Shown here piece after piece: positions 1-10,200 of a DNA stretch of 64,000 nt (positions are counted from its first letter, which is position 1; every line of letters starts with the position of its first letter). Position numbers and translations under genes: made by a program. Location: NCBI GenBank assembly GCA_002359635.1, contig DENJ01000043.1:2611-66610 (forward strand), read 5' to 3'. The notes below the pieces were generated by a model, which worked only from the letters and a program-made list of their open reading frames with translations, had not been told where the DNA came from and ran no database searches. This stretch comes from Burkholderiales bacterium UBA2647 (GTDB taxonomy: Bacteria; Pseudomonadota; Gammaproteobacteria; Burkholderiales; Burkholderiaceae_E).

Positions 1-701
1 TGGTAAATGCCCCAAACCGTTCCAAATAGACCAACGAAAGGTGCGGTTGATCCAACGGTTGCAAGAAAGGCAAGCCCAGTTTGCAACTTGTTGTTGATGG
101 TATCAACTGACTGCTGTACTGCCATGCCAATCCAGGTGTGTTTATCCACATGCTGGCCTAAACTTCCGCGGTGATTGGCATCGGCTTTAAGGCCCGACTC
201 GGCGATAAAACGCACCGCACTATCGTCCCCAAGTGCCGCAGCGCCAGCTTCAACCGAGGCAGCGTTCCAAAAACTTTGCTTTGCCTCACCGATTTGCCGC
301 ATGAGCTTTGACTGCTCTAGAAACTTCACAATGCCGATATACCAGGTGCCGATCGACATCACCAGCATGATGATCAAGGTGCCCTTGGCCACGAAGTCGC
401 CCTGCGCCCAGAGTGCATCGAGACCATAAGGGTTATCAACGGTTTCGGTTTTTTCTCCGTTTGCTGCCTTGGCGGCGCTAGCCCCATCATTTCCGGAGGA
501 CGATGTGGCGGGACTCGCTGAGGCAGCGGGCAATGCGGGTACAGGCTCGGCTGCTTTTTCGTTGGTAGCAGGCGCGGCTTTTGACGCTCCTGCTTTGTTG
601 TCTTTCCCGCTTTGCGCCAAGCTGATCGTGGGTGAGGACAGCAACATCAAGGAGGAGATGGTGATGGCAGCGACGCGGCGAATCAATGCAGCAGGGGACA
701 T
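1..701 (-). CDS. exbB: MotA/TolQ/ExbB proton-channel protein, 3' end cut by the window edge
   Basis: Not in the ORF track because it is edge-truncated. My translation of the minus strand from the ATG at 699-701 gives MSPAALIRRVAAITISSLMLLSS... (signal-like), ...GTLIIMLVMSIGTWYIGIVKF... and ...LAFLATVGSTAPFVGLFGTVWGIY, the conserved ExbB/TolQ motif. It lies directly downstream of tonB. Confidence 0.85.
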   Translation of the reverse strand, partial: MSPAALIRRVAAITISSLMLLSSPTISLAQSGKDNKAGASKAAPATNEKAAEPVPALPAASASPATSSSGNDGASAAKAANGEKTETVDNPYGLDALWAQGDFVAKGTLIIMLVMSIGTWYIGIVKFLEQSKLMRQIGEAKQSFWNAASVEAGAAALGDDSAVRFIAESGLKADANHRGSLGQHVDKHTWIGMAVQQSVDTINNKLQTGLAFLATVGSTAPFVGLFGTVWGIY

Positions 702-875
702 GAAGAAATTCCTCTCTAAGGCGTTTTAAGCGTGAAGCAATAGCGATCTCTGCAGCGCTCAACGATGGACGGCAAGACAAAAAACATCGAATAAAAACTC
801 ATCATCACTGGGAAAATAAATAGCGGCCTATATCTACAAAGAATCAGTATTTAATCGTCACACCATGAGATTTGA

Positions 876-1562
876 TCAATCTAATTTCCATACCACTTCA
901 AGGGTGCTTGAACTTTTCTCCAATTTTCCATTAACCATGCCAGGCTTGAACTTGCAGGTTTCGAGCAGTTTTCGTGCCGCTTGATCGAGCCTCCGGTAAC
1001 CGCTCGACTTCTCAATATCAACCGATGAGAGGCTGCCGTTGACCTCCACGACAAAACGCAAAATAACTGTCCCGGTTTCATTGAGTTGACGCGATTGCCG
1101 AGGATAGAACTCATCGGAATTTGAGCAGGTCTTGCTATCGATCGAGGCCGGGTAACTGGGAGGTGGCGCAACAGGCGCGGGCGCTGGCTTCGGTGCAGGC
1201 GGCGTGGGTGCCGGAGGCGCAGGCGGTGCGGGCACGAATGGCGCAGGGGGCGGCGGCTTCGTCGTGACGGCACTGATCACAGTCGGCGGCGGTGGCGCCG
1301 CAATCTGAATCTCGGGCGGTGGCACGAAGGGGGGTGGCGGGGCCGTCATCTTTGGGGGAGGCGGCAAGGGAGGCGGTGGCTTTGGTGGCGGCGGTTTTAC
1401 TTCTTCGATGATTTTGGTTTCGAGCGGTTGCTTGATCACCTCGACCACTTTTCTCGCGAGCCCACTCACGAGCGCATAGCCGATCGCGATATGCACCACC
1501 ACGGCAATGACCAATCCTGTTGCCCGGCGGTTTGTGCTTGAGTCGCGCTCAGAGAAGTCCAA
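876..1562 (-). CDS. tonB: Energy transducer TonB
   Basis: N-terminal membrane anchor (GLVIAVVVHIAIGYALV), a long Pro-rich spacer (PPPPKPPPPLPPPP...) and a TonB C-terminal domain (YPRQSRQLNETGTVILRFVV...G). Confidence 0.9.
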   Translation of the reverse strand: MDFSERDSSTNRRATGLVIAVVVHIAIGYALVSGLARKVVEVIKQPLETKIIEEVKPPPPKPPPPLPPPPKMTAPPPPFVPPPEIQIAAPPPPTVISAVTTKPPPPAPFVPAPPAPPAPTPPAPKPAPAPVAPPPSYPASIDSKTCSNSDEFYPRQSRQLNETGTVILRFVVEVNGSLSSVDIEKSSGYRRLDQAARKLLETCKFKPGMVNGKLEKSSSTLEVVWKLD

Positions 1563-3612
1563 GATTCGATGCAGATTGATAGCTCGCGGTTACCCGCGGC
1601 GCCGACTTAGGGCTGGCATCGGGGTCCGCTTTTATATCGGGCTTGGCCTTTGGCTTTGCTGCTTTGTCTGAAGCAGACTGGCTTACATCGCCAGTTTTTT
1701 TGCCAGCGCTTGTCGTCGCTTGTGTGCTGGGCTTAGAGGCTTGCGGAAGCGCTTTTGTGGAGGCCTGCGTCGAAGTTTTCACCGCCTTATTTTGCTCGAC
1801 AAGTTGCTGTTTCTGATCCTTGGCCAGCTTGACTTTAGGGGGTTCTGCTTGCTTGTTGCCAACCCCCGACTTTGGGTTGACTTTGCTTTTTACCGCGTCC
1901 TCTTGTGGCTTTGCCGCGTCCTTGCTGACATCAGGGAACTGCTTTGGCGTAACCACCTCGGTGGCAATGACCTTAGAGACGCCCGATTCATTGGTGAGCA
2001 CGGTTTGCGCACTTGCAGGTTTTACGAGTAATCGCATACCAAGTTTCACCTCATGCTTGAGATTGTTCCAGGCCTGCAGGCTCGCGGCCGTCACGCCATA
2101 ACGCCTTGCAATCGATTCCGTGGTTTCTTTCTTGCCAACGCGGTGATAGATGGCAGGGCGTTGAACCTTCTCAAGAATCCTTGGGCCGTCAAAACTGGTC
2201 ATCACGGTCAATGCAGTCGATTTATCGTCGGGCGCCGGCACAAGCAATCGTGTTCCGGGGAGGACTTTTGCTGTTCGAAGTCCATTAGCCCGCATGATCT
2301 CCTGCGCACTGGTCCCTAACCTGGAAGCGAGGCTTTGTATGCTTTCGCCTTGCTCAAGCGTGTAGGGACGCCATCTTGAAAAAGGCTTGTTGGCAGTTTC
2401 GTGGGCTTTCATCGCAGCCAAAAACGAATCGACCCGATCTGCCGGAATCTTGATTTGATCATTCGTGCGTGCCGCGATGACGGGTCGGTTGTGAGCAGGG
2501 TTGAGTGATACAAATTCTTCTTCAGTTAGCCCCGCAAAACGCGCCGCCAGCTTAAGGTCGAGATGCAGAGGCGCTTCGACTTCCACAAAATAGGGCTTGT
2601 TGGGCAGGGAAGGCAGTCGCACATTAAACAATGCAGGATTTAAAACGATCTCCCGAAGCGCCATCAGCTTTGGAACATAGTGCCGCGTCTCCTGCGGCAT
2701 ATTCAGGGACAGATAATCGGTCGGTCTGCCACTGGCCTGATTTCGACGCATTGCCTTGCCGACGGCACCTTCGCCCCAGTTGTAGGAGGCGAGCGCCAGA
2801 AACCAGTCATTACCCTGTAGCTCGTAAATCCTTTGTAGGTATTCGAGCGCTGCTTGGGTGGAGTGGACAGGATCGCGCCTGTTGTCGACCCACCAGTTCT
2901 GAGAAAGGTTATAAGCCTTGCCGGTCGAGGGGATGAACTGCCACAGTCCGGCCGCTTTGGCGGGCGACATGGCCGTCGGATTCATCGCGCTTTCAACAAA
3001 CGGCAGCAAAGCCAATTCACCTGGCATGCCCCGTCGTTCAATTTCTTCAACAATATAAAAAAGATATCTTGATCCGCGCTCAAACATCCGCTCCAGGTAC
3101 TCCGGCTTATAGGTGTAATACTGGATATGCTTTTGTACCAACGGCGAATCGAGCGCCGGCAAGGCAAAGCCAGCACGCATGCGTGTCCATAAGTCCTTGT
3201 AATCGGGACGCAGGACAGTGGTCTCGAGTGTTTGGGCGGATTCAGCAGGCGCATCAAGCCTTGGCTCGACAAGCGGATCGCCGCGATCGTTAAAAATCAC
3301 CCGATTTTCAGCTCGATCTGGGTTTTCAATGTCGACGGAACGCGGCGCTTGGGTAGCGTCGGAGACCACACCAATCTGAACCATGCTGCCCGCGAGTTTG
3401 TCTTCATGCTGATATGCAGCAGATTCGTGCAGGCTGAGTAGCTGTCCCCCGGATGACATATCCTCGCTCAGACTGGACTCAAGCCTAAGCTCTGCCGCAG
3501 CAAAAGTGCCCCCCTTGCCAGGAAGGAACAGGCCACCCTGGGCAAAACATAGCCCAGTCAAAAGAGAAAACAGTTGAAGTTGTCGTTTGAAATGCATGAT
3601 CAAGCGCGGCAT
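1549..3612 (-). CDS. mltD: Membrane-bound lytic murein transglycosylase D-like protein (SLT domain plus LysM repeats, Lys/Ala/Ser/Thr-rich tail)
   Basis: SLT motifs (LLPFVESAMNP, GLWQFIPSTGKAY, ALASYNWGEG) and at least two LysM units (YTLEQGESIQSLASRLG...; YHRVGKKETTESIARRYG...). The start is taken at the internal Met before the signal-like MHFKRQLQLFSLLTGLCFA and is uncertain within about 20 codons. Confidence 0.85.
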   Translation of the reverse strand: MPRLIMHFKRQLQLFSLLTGLCFAQGGLFLPGKGGTFAAAELRLESSLSEDMSSGGQLLSLHESAAYQHEDKLAGSMVQIGVVSDATQAPRSVDIENPDRAENRVIFNDRGDPLVEPRLDAPAESAQTLETTVLRPDYKDLWTRMRAGFALPALDSPLVQKHIQYYTYKPEYLERMFERGSRYLFYIVEEIERRGMPGELALLPFVESAMNPTAMSPAKAAGLWQFIPSTGKAYNLSQNWWVDNRRDPVHSTQAALEYLQRIYELQGNDWFLALASYNWGEGAVGKAMRRNQASGRPTDYLSLNMPQETRHYVPKLMALREIVLNPALFNVRLPSLPNKPYFVEVEAPLHLDLKLAARFAGLTEEEFVSLNPAHNRPVIAARTNDQIKIPADRVDSFLAAMKAHETANKPFSRWRPYTLEQGESIQSLASRLGTSAQEIMRANGLRTAKVLPGTRLLVPAPDDKSTALTVMTSFDGPRILEKVQRPAIYHRVGKKETTESIARRYGVTAASLQAWNNLKHEVKLGMRLLVKPASAQTVLTNESGVSKVIATEVVTPKQFPDVSKDAAKPQEDAVKSKVNPKSGVGNKQAEPPKVKLAKDQKQQLVEQNKAVKTSTQASTKALPQASKPSTQATTSAGKKTGDVSQSASDKAAKPKAKPDIKADPDASPKSAPRVTASYQSASNLGLL

Positions 3613-3717
3613 TTTATACAAATTACTGCGGTTTTCGTCGAACCACTCAAAATTTAGCCGCGAAAAGCACTCGGTCAATTGAAAAAAACTGCCATGGATC
3701 CATCAAGGTTGCTTGAA

Positions 3718-4629
3718 TCAAGCACGAAACTCGTTTTTCCAGGACCTCAAAGCTGCAAATCGGTCGATACGAGCTGCTTGTGAATGAAGATCTCCGAGAA
3801 GCTCTTGAGCCGGTCTGAGCTTGCCAAACCTGTCCGGCAACACACATGTTGTTGGGGCATCAAGCGGGGAAGCCGGGACCAGACCAAGCAGGAAGGGGTT
3901 GCTCTGCAATTCATGAATGAGCAAGCTTGGGACGGTTGGCATATCTTGTGCCCTCAAGGTCTCTGCTTCAAGCATTCTTGCTTGAATGAGCTCATGCGTC
4001 GGGTAAGCAGCCCGGGCAAAGCGCAGATTAGAGAGGGTGTATTCATGAGCACAGCAAATCAAACTGTCGTCAGGCAGTTCGCACAGGCGCGCGAGGGACT
4101 CGAGCATTTGCGCCGGGTCGCCTTCAAAAATGCGGCCACAGCCCGCGGCAAACAGGCAGTCGCCGCAAAACAAAATCTTCTCGCGTTCAAGGTGGTAGGC
4201 GATGTGCGATTTGGTGTGTCCGGGAACCGCCATGACGCGGGCCTGGGCAAAGCCCAAGTCGAGCCTATCGCCTTCACCAGCAGCTACAGCATCGTGATGA
4301 ATCCGAGCGTCTTGAGGCCCGTATATCTTCAGCCGTCGTCCCTGGCCTGCCGCCCATGCGATCAGCGCGTCAACTCCCCCTTGGTGATCGGGGTGATGAT
4401 GCGTTAACAGAATGCCGTCGATTTCAAGCGCTTTGGCTTCGGCCGCTTCAACGATGACTGCAGCGTCGCCGGGATCGACAACCCAGCAACGGCTTGATGC
4501 AGGGTCTTGTAGTATCCACAGGTAGTTATCTTGAAACGCCTTGATACGATGGAGTTGAGATGGAAGGGCTGCCACAAATCGTGCAGCAAGCTGCCTGACG
4601 GTTTGATGCTCCGGTTTTTCGACATGCAT
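3718..4629 (-). CDS. gloB: Hydroxyacylglutathione hydrolase (glyoxalase II, MBL fold)
   Basis: FQDNYLWIL, the THHHPDHQGG metal motif, PGHTKSHIAY and CAHEYTLSNLRFA. The start is set at Met18 (MHVEK), preceded by AAGGAAG. Confidence 0.85.
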   Translation of the reverse strand: MHVEKPEHQTVRQLAARFVAALPSQLHRIKAFQDNYLWILQDPASSRCWVVDPGDAAVIVEAAEAKALEIDGILLTHHHPDHQGGVDALIAWAAGQGRRLKIYGPQDARIHHDAVAAGEGDRLDLGFAQARVMAVPGHTKSHIAYHLEREKILFCGDCLFAAGCGRIFEGDPAQMLESLARLCELPDDSLICCAHEYTLSNLRFARAAYPTHELIQARMLEAETLRAQDMPTVPSLLIHELQSNPFLLGLVPASPLDAPTTCVLPDRFGKLRPAQELLGDLHSQAARIDRFAALRSWKNEFRA

Positions 4630-4678
4630 CACTATTTTCTTCCTTATCAGACTCGGATCGCTACTCGGGAAACGACCC

Positions 4679-5428
4679 ATGTTGCACCACGATGAGTTAC
4701 AGATCCATGCCGCATGGCTACGGTGGCTTCAAACCCCTGCTGGACTTTATCTTTGCGGCTGGTTGCAGGAGCGGCTTGATCCGATGCTAGCCGACGAATT
4801 CGGCTACTTCGCAGTCCAGTGCGGCATGCCAAGCCTAAATGGCTTAAGAAACAACCGTATGAGCCACCGGATTGTATTGCAACATCCACTGGAGGATCTA
4901 CCCAGTGATAATCCTCGCATCTGGGTGGACTCTTTTGCCGAACTGCCGCTTGCCTCCAATTCAGTGGATTTGCTGCTGCTGCCCCATGTGCTCGAGTTTT
5001 CACCGGACCCGCATGCTGTCTTGCGTGAAGCGCAGCGTGTTTTGCGCAGCGAGGGCAGGCTGGTGATCGCGGGACTGAACCCGTGGAGTCTGTGGGGGCT
5101 TCGGGAGATGCTGCTCGGCGCCTGGTTTGGGAATAGTCTGCCGATTGAGTGCCGGATGCTGGCGCTTGGTCGTCTACGCGACTGGATGCGCTTGTTGGAA
5201 TTCGATATGGACCGAGGCCGCTTTGGGTGCTACCGTCCGATCTGCGAAACCGATGTATGGCTCAAGCGATGGGCATGGATGGAGAATGCGGGAGATCGCT
5301 GGTGGCCAATTTGCGGGGCGAGTTACTTGATCGGGGCTGTAAAGCGATCCAAGGGCTTGCGTTGGGTGGGCCTTATTCCAGGTGAGCGCCGAGGCATGTT
5401 TGGGCGTCCTCAGGTGGCCAGAATTTAA
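4679..5428 (+). CDS. Class I SAM-dependent methyltransferase (YafS-like)
   Basis: Methyltransf_11-like segment [40 protein letters not shown]. It sits between gloB and rnhA, as yafS does in E. coli. Confidence 0.75.
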   Translation: MLHHDELQIHAAWLRWLQTPAGLYLCGWLQERLDPMLADEFGYFAVQCGMPSLNGLRNNRMSHRIVLQHPLEDLPSDNPRIWVDSFAELPLASNSVDLLLLPHVLEFSPDPHAVLREAQRVLRSEGRLVIAGLNPWSLWGLREMLLGAWFGNSLPIECRMLALGRLRDWMRLLEFDMDRGRFGCYRPICETDVWLKRWAWMENAGDRWWPICGASYLIGAVKRSKGLRWVGLIPGERRGMFGRPQVARI

Positions 5429-5435
5429 CGCTGAG

Positions 5436-5885
5436 ATGGCCATGGCCGAACGCATCATGATTTATACCGATGGCGCCTGTAAAGGCAATCCGGGCCCGGG
5501 CGGCTGGGGTGTTGTGCTTCGTTTTGGTAATCAGGTCAAAGAACTGTTGGGCGGGGAGGCCAACACCACCAATAACCGGATGGAGTTGACCGCAGCCATC
5601 GAAGCACTCAAGGCATTACGACGACCGGTAAGCGCCGACGTTTACACAGATTCTCAATATGTCATCAAAGGCCTTGAGCAATGGTTGCCGGCTTGGAAAG
5701 CCCGTGGCTGGCAGACTGCCGACAAAAAGCCTGTCAAGAATCGCGATCTATGGGAGCTTTTAGATGAACTTGCTGCTCAGCATCAGTTGAGCTGGCATTG
5801 GGTGAAAGGCCATTCGGGAAACCCAGGCAATACGCGCGCCGACGCGCTTGCAAATGAGGGCGCTGATCGTTTCAGCAGGTCTTGA
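5436..5885 (+). CDS. rnhA: Ribonuclease HI
   Basis: [39 protein letters not shown] and [18 protein letters not shown]. The start is chosen at an internal Met after the upstream gene's stop. Confidence 0.9.
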   Translation: MAMAERIMIYTDGACKGNPGPGGWGVVLRFGNQVKELLGGEANTTNNRMELTAAIEALKALRRPVSADVYTDSQYVIKGLEQWLPAWKARGWQTADKKPVKNRDLWELLDELAAQHQLSWHWVKGHSGNPGNTRADALANEGADRFSRS

Positions 5886-5991
5886 CGGTTTTGGCAGATA
5901 CTGAAGCGCTGCCCATGATTCGGGCAGTCCCTCGCTCGTCGATACGCCTTCTTACCAGGAAAATCACTGCGTTGTGCTAGCCTCGGTGGGT

Positions 5992-7206
5992 ATGCTAAAA
6001 AAACCGATTGTTGTCCTCGTTGCTTGTGTCGCGCTTGTAGGGCTTGCCTGGTACGGTTGGCAGGCACAACGACATCTGAGCTCTGAACTGGTTGTCGGCG
6101 GCAAATCCGGGGCAAAGTTTTCCGAACAGGTGGACAAAGCCGCCGATGCAGGAAAAATGGCCGGGGCTTCAACAGGGGCGAAGGGTGATGGCATGCCTGC
6201 GAAAGGCGCCAAAGGCGATGGTCCGCCGGGTAAGGGCGGACCTAGAGGACCGGCGGCTGTTGAAGTGCAAGCCGCATCGAGTAAGGATCTGACGGATGTG
6301 GCAAGCGCCGTCGGCACGCTTCGCGCCAATGAAACCGTGGTGTTGCGCTCTGAGGTCGCCGGCCGGATTGCTTATCTCGCGTTCCGAGACGGGGAGTTGG
6401 TTACCAAGGGCCACACCCTGCTCAAACTCGATGCATCCCTACAAGAGGCCGAGCTTGCTCAAGCCAAGGCAGAGCTTGCTTTAGGCCAGACGAACTACGA
6501 TCGCAGTATGGATCTCGCGCAACGTAAATTCGTAAGCGAAAGCGCTCTGGACCAGGCCGCCGCGAATTTGCGCGTCCTGGAAGCAAAGTTTCAGCTCGCC
6601 AAGGCCCGTCTGGATCGGACGGTGATCCGGGCCCCGTTTGCGGGTCAACTGGGCTTGCGCAACGTAAGTCTGGGTGACTACGTCAAAGAGGGTGCAGACC
6701 TTGTGTTGCTCGAAGACGTCGCAAGCCTGAAAGTTGATTTGCGTTTACCGGAGCGCTATATCGGGCGCCTTAAGAAAGGTCAGTCGATTCAAGTTCTTAT
6801 CGACGCATTTCCAGAAAAAACTTTCAAAGCGCAAGTTGAAGCAACCGATGTACAAGTCGATGCTAACGGTCGCTTTGTCCTGGTACGCGGCACCATGGCC
6901 AACCCGGGGGGTACCTTGCGTAGCGGCATGTTTGCGCGCGCGGCCCTGGTGCTTGCCGAGCGCAAGGCTGCCGTGATGGTCCCCGAGGAAGCGATCACAC
7001 CCATCGGCAATGAGCTTTTTGTCTGGCTTGCGGCGGAAGGCAAGGCTAAGCGGGTTAGGATTCAAACTGGCGTGCGTCAGGACGGTCTGGTCGAGGTCAT
7101 CGGCGAGGTGCGCGGCGGTGATCAGGTTGTGATTGCAGGACAGCAACGTCTGATGCGCGATGGTCAGGAAGTGCGCAGTTTCTCTCAGGCAGGGGCAAGC
7201 AAGTGA
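5992..7206 (+). CDS. RND efflux periplasmic adaptor (membrane fusion protein)
   Basis: N-terminal anchor, a Gly/Lys/Ala-rich linker, coiled-coil region (LQEAELAQAKAELALGQTNYDR), IRAPFAGQLGLRNVSLGDYV and beta-barrel/MP domains. It overlaps the pump gene by 4 nt. Confidence 0.85.
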   Translation: MLKKPIVVLVACVALVGLAWYGWQAQRHLSSELVVGGKSGAKFSEQVDKAADAGKMAGASTGAKGDGMPAKGAKGDGPPGKGGPRGPAAVEVQAASSKDLTDVASAVGTLRANETVVLRSEVAGRIAYLAFRDGELVTKGHTLLKLDASLQEAELAQAKAELALGQTNYDRSMDLAQRKFVSESALDQAAANLRVLEAKFQLAKARLDRTVIRAPFAGQLGLRNVSLGDYVKEGADLVLLEDVASLKVDLRLPERYIGRLKKGQSIQVLIDAFPEKTFKAQVEATDVQVDANGRFVLVRGTMANPGGTLRSGMFARAALVLAERKAAVMVPEEAITPIGNELFVWLAAEGKAKRVRIQTGVRQDGLVEVIGEVRGGDQVVIAGQQRLMRDGQEVRSFSQAGASK

Positions 7207-10200
7207 ATCTGCCCGAGCTTTGTATCAGGCGTCCGGTTTTTGCGACGGTGCTCTCGCTGCTGGTCCTGCTGCTCGGTATCGTGTCCTACGATCGACTACC
7301 GGTGCGGGAGTATCCGAAGATCGAAGAGCCTGTGGTAACCGTAGAGACCAAGTATCTCGGTGCTTCAGCGGAGATCGTCGAGTCTGCCGTTACCAAAATC
7401 ATGGAAGACTCGATTGCAGGGATTGAAGGCGTTGACGTGCTGACGTCGATTTCGCGCGCAGAGACGAGCCAGATCACGGCTCGCTTCAGGTTGGACCGCG
7501 ATCCCGATGGTGCTGCTGCTGATGTGCGAGACCGCGTGTCGCGTGTTCGATCGCGTCTCCCGCAGGGTATTGATGAGCCGGTTGTAGCGAAGGTTGACGC
7601 CGATGCAAACCCTGTTATTTGGTTGAGTTTTTACAGCGACACACTGCCAGCGCTTCAGGTTTCCGACGTGGTGAGCCGCATCGTGAAACCACGCCTACAA
7701 ACACTCCCTGGGGCAGCCGATGTGCGTATTTTCGGTGAGCGGCGCTTTGCCATGCGGATCTGGTTGGATGCTGATCGGCTTGCCGCTTACAAGCTGACGC
7801 CATCCGATGTTGAGGATGCGCTGCGTCGGCAAAACATCGAAGTGCCCGCAGGCCGTATTGAAAGTCTTCAGCGCGAGTTTACGGTGACCTCGCAGACGGA
7901 TCTTCAGCGCGAACAACAATTTCTCGACATCGTCGTCAAAGTTGTCAATGGCTACCCGGTCTCACTCGGCGATGTTGCGCGGGTAAAGCTCGGTGCGCTG
8001 AATGAGCGAACCAACGTCACACTCAATGGGCAACCTGCTGTTTCCGTGGGATTGATCAAACAGGCTACCGCCAATCCCTTGGTGCTTGCAGCGGCGCTGA
8101 AAACGGAGCTGCCAAAGCTTCAGCAAAGTCTCCCGCAGGGCTTGAATGTGCGGATCGCCAATGACACCACGGTGTTTATTGACAAATCACTCGAAGCGGT
8201 GTTTCGCACGATTCTTGAGGCGGTTGCGCTGGTTGCCTTGGTAATTTTGATCTTCCTTGGCACCCTTCGGGCATCCGTTATTCCGCTGGTCACGATCCCG
8301 GTTTGTTTGATCGGTGCCTGCACCTTGATGTACGCGGCGGGCTTTTCAATCAACACGCTCACCTTGCTTGCGCTGGTTTTGGCCATTGGACTCGTGGTCG
8401 ATGACGCGATTGTGGTCTTGGAAAATATCTTCCGGCATATCGAAGCGGGCATGAAACCCTTTGAGGCGGCAATCCTTGGTACCCGTGAAGTCCAATTTGC
8501 GGTCATCGCCATGACGCTGACACTTGCCGCTGTTTTCACACCGATTGCATTTACAACCGGTAGAACTGGCCGTTTGTTTGTTGAGTTTGCGCTTTCTTTA
8601 GCGGGTGCTGTGCTGATTTCCGGCTTCGTAGCCCTCACCCTCACGCCGATGATGTGCTCAAGACTTCTTAGATCGCATGCAGATGATGCAAGAGAGAATC
8701 GACTCTCCAGCTATGTCGTGAACGGGATCGATCGCATTGTGGGCGCGATCACCAATAGCTATGCTGCCATGCTTCGTTGGGCGCTTCGATGGCGCTGGCT
8801 GGTCTTGATACTTGGTTTGTCCGTGGGCGGCGCAAGCGCCTGGCTTTTTATGAACGCCAAGAAAGAGCTCACACCGCTCGAAGATCGAGGCACCGTGGTC
8901 ATCATTTTCAGTGCACCCGAAGGTTCCTCGGTGGAGTACACCATGCGTTATGGGCGTTTGATTGGCGACATCGCTGAGAAAATTCCTGAATTTGACAGGC
9001 GATTTGTGGTGTCAGGCTCCCCAACCGTCACCCAGGGCATCGGTTTTTTACGGATGGTGGACTGGGATCAGCGGCAAAGGGGTACCGCCGACATTCTTAA
9101 AGAGTTGCAACCCAAGCTTTTGTCGATCCCAGGCGTTCTAGCCTTTGCTGTGGCGCCACCTTCCCTCGGCCAGTCGCCCCGCGTCCGCCCGATTAACTTC
9201 GTCGTCCTCACCTCTGAACCCTACGACAAACTGCAGGCCACCGTAGCGCCCTTTTTAGCGGAAATGCAGCGCCATCCCGGGTTACAAGGCGTTGATGTGG
9301 ACTTGAAATTGAACAAGCCCGAGATAAAAATTGAAATCGATCGACAGCGAGCCGCTGATGCAGGGGTGCAGGTTGAGGCGATCGGCAGGGCCTTGGAAAC
9401 CATGCTCGGTGGGCGCCAGGTCACAAGGTTTAAGCGTGAGGGCGAGCAGTACGATGTGATGGTGCAGCTTGATGCGTCGGCACGCGCGACGCCTCGCGAT
9501 ATTGCCGATATTTATGTACGAGGTCGTGGTGACACCATGGTGCCGCTGGCAAGTCTTGTCTCGGTGAGGGAGTCGGTTGCCCCGCGGGAACTCAATCATT
9601 TTGCGCAACGCCGTGCCGTCACCATTACGGCCAATCTTGCGCCGGGCTACTCGCTTGGCGAGGCGATTACCATGATGGAAGCCAGTGCCCAAAAGTATCT
9701 CAAGCCCGGTTATGCAATTGACTATAACGGTGAGACCCGCGAATTCAAGCTCTCGTCAACGGCACTCTACTTAACCTTCCTGCTTGCTTTAGCCTTTATT
9801 TATCTTGTACTTGCGGCCCAGTTTGAAAGCTTTATCGACCCGCTGATCATCATGTTCTCGGTCCCCTTGTCAATGACCGGTGCGCTTGCGCTTTTAAAAT
9901 ACGGAGGCGGTTCAATCAACGTGTACAGTCAGATTGGCTTGATTACCTTGGTCGGTTTGATTACCAAGCACGGGATTCTGATTGTTGAATTCGCCAATCA
10001 ACTGCAGCGCGAAGGGCGCACGCCCATGGAAGCGGTATTTGAGTCGGCCAAATTGCGTTTGCGTCCGATTCTGATGACAACCGGCGCGATGGTGCTTGGT
10101 GCTGTGCCCTTGGCCCTATCCACCGGTGCGGGCGCTGAGAGCCGCATCCAGATCGGTCTGGTGATTGTTGGTGGGATGAGTTTTGGGACCATACTGACCC

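Noticed and set aside
487-780. A 97-aa minus-strand ORF from the ORF track, and the plus-strand ORFs at 175-429 and 469-729
   Set aside because: They are in the wrong frame or on the wrong strand relative to the clearly recognisable ExbB reading frame (complement 1-701), which the track omits because it runs off the window. Their Arg/Ser/Cys-rich products look like shadow ORFs.
745-875. A Fur box upstream of exbB (GATGATGAGTTTTTATTCG)
   Set aside because: Only about 9 of 19 positions match the GATAATGATAATCATTATC consensus by my count, which is not better than chance in AT-rich spacer DNA.
881-1273. A 130-aa alternative-frame ORF inside tonB
   Set aside because: It is a by-product of the GC-rich Pro-repeat coding region (CCG/CCA runs read as Arg/His/Leu). 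The TonB frame has the anchor, the Pro-rich spacer and the C-terminal domain.
8120-8644. Long antisense ORFs inside well-supported genes, for example 8120-8644 in the RND pump, 13446-13946 in soxC, 21423-21989 in the aldolase, 42688-43152 in the binding protein and 58912-59382 in coxL
   Set aside because: They have no recognisable motifs and an Arg/His/Cys-rich composition typical of antisense frames in GC-rich DNA. Each is fully embedded in a gene with strong homology evidence.
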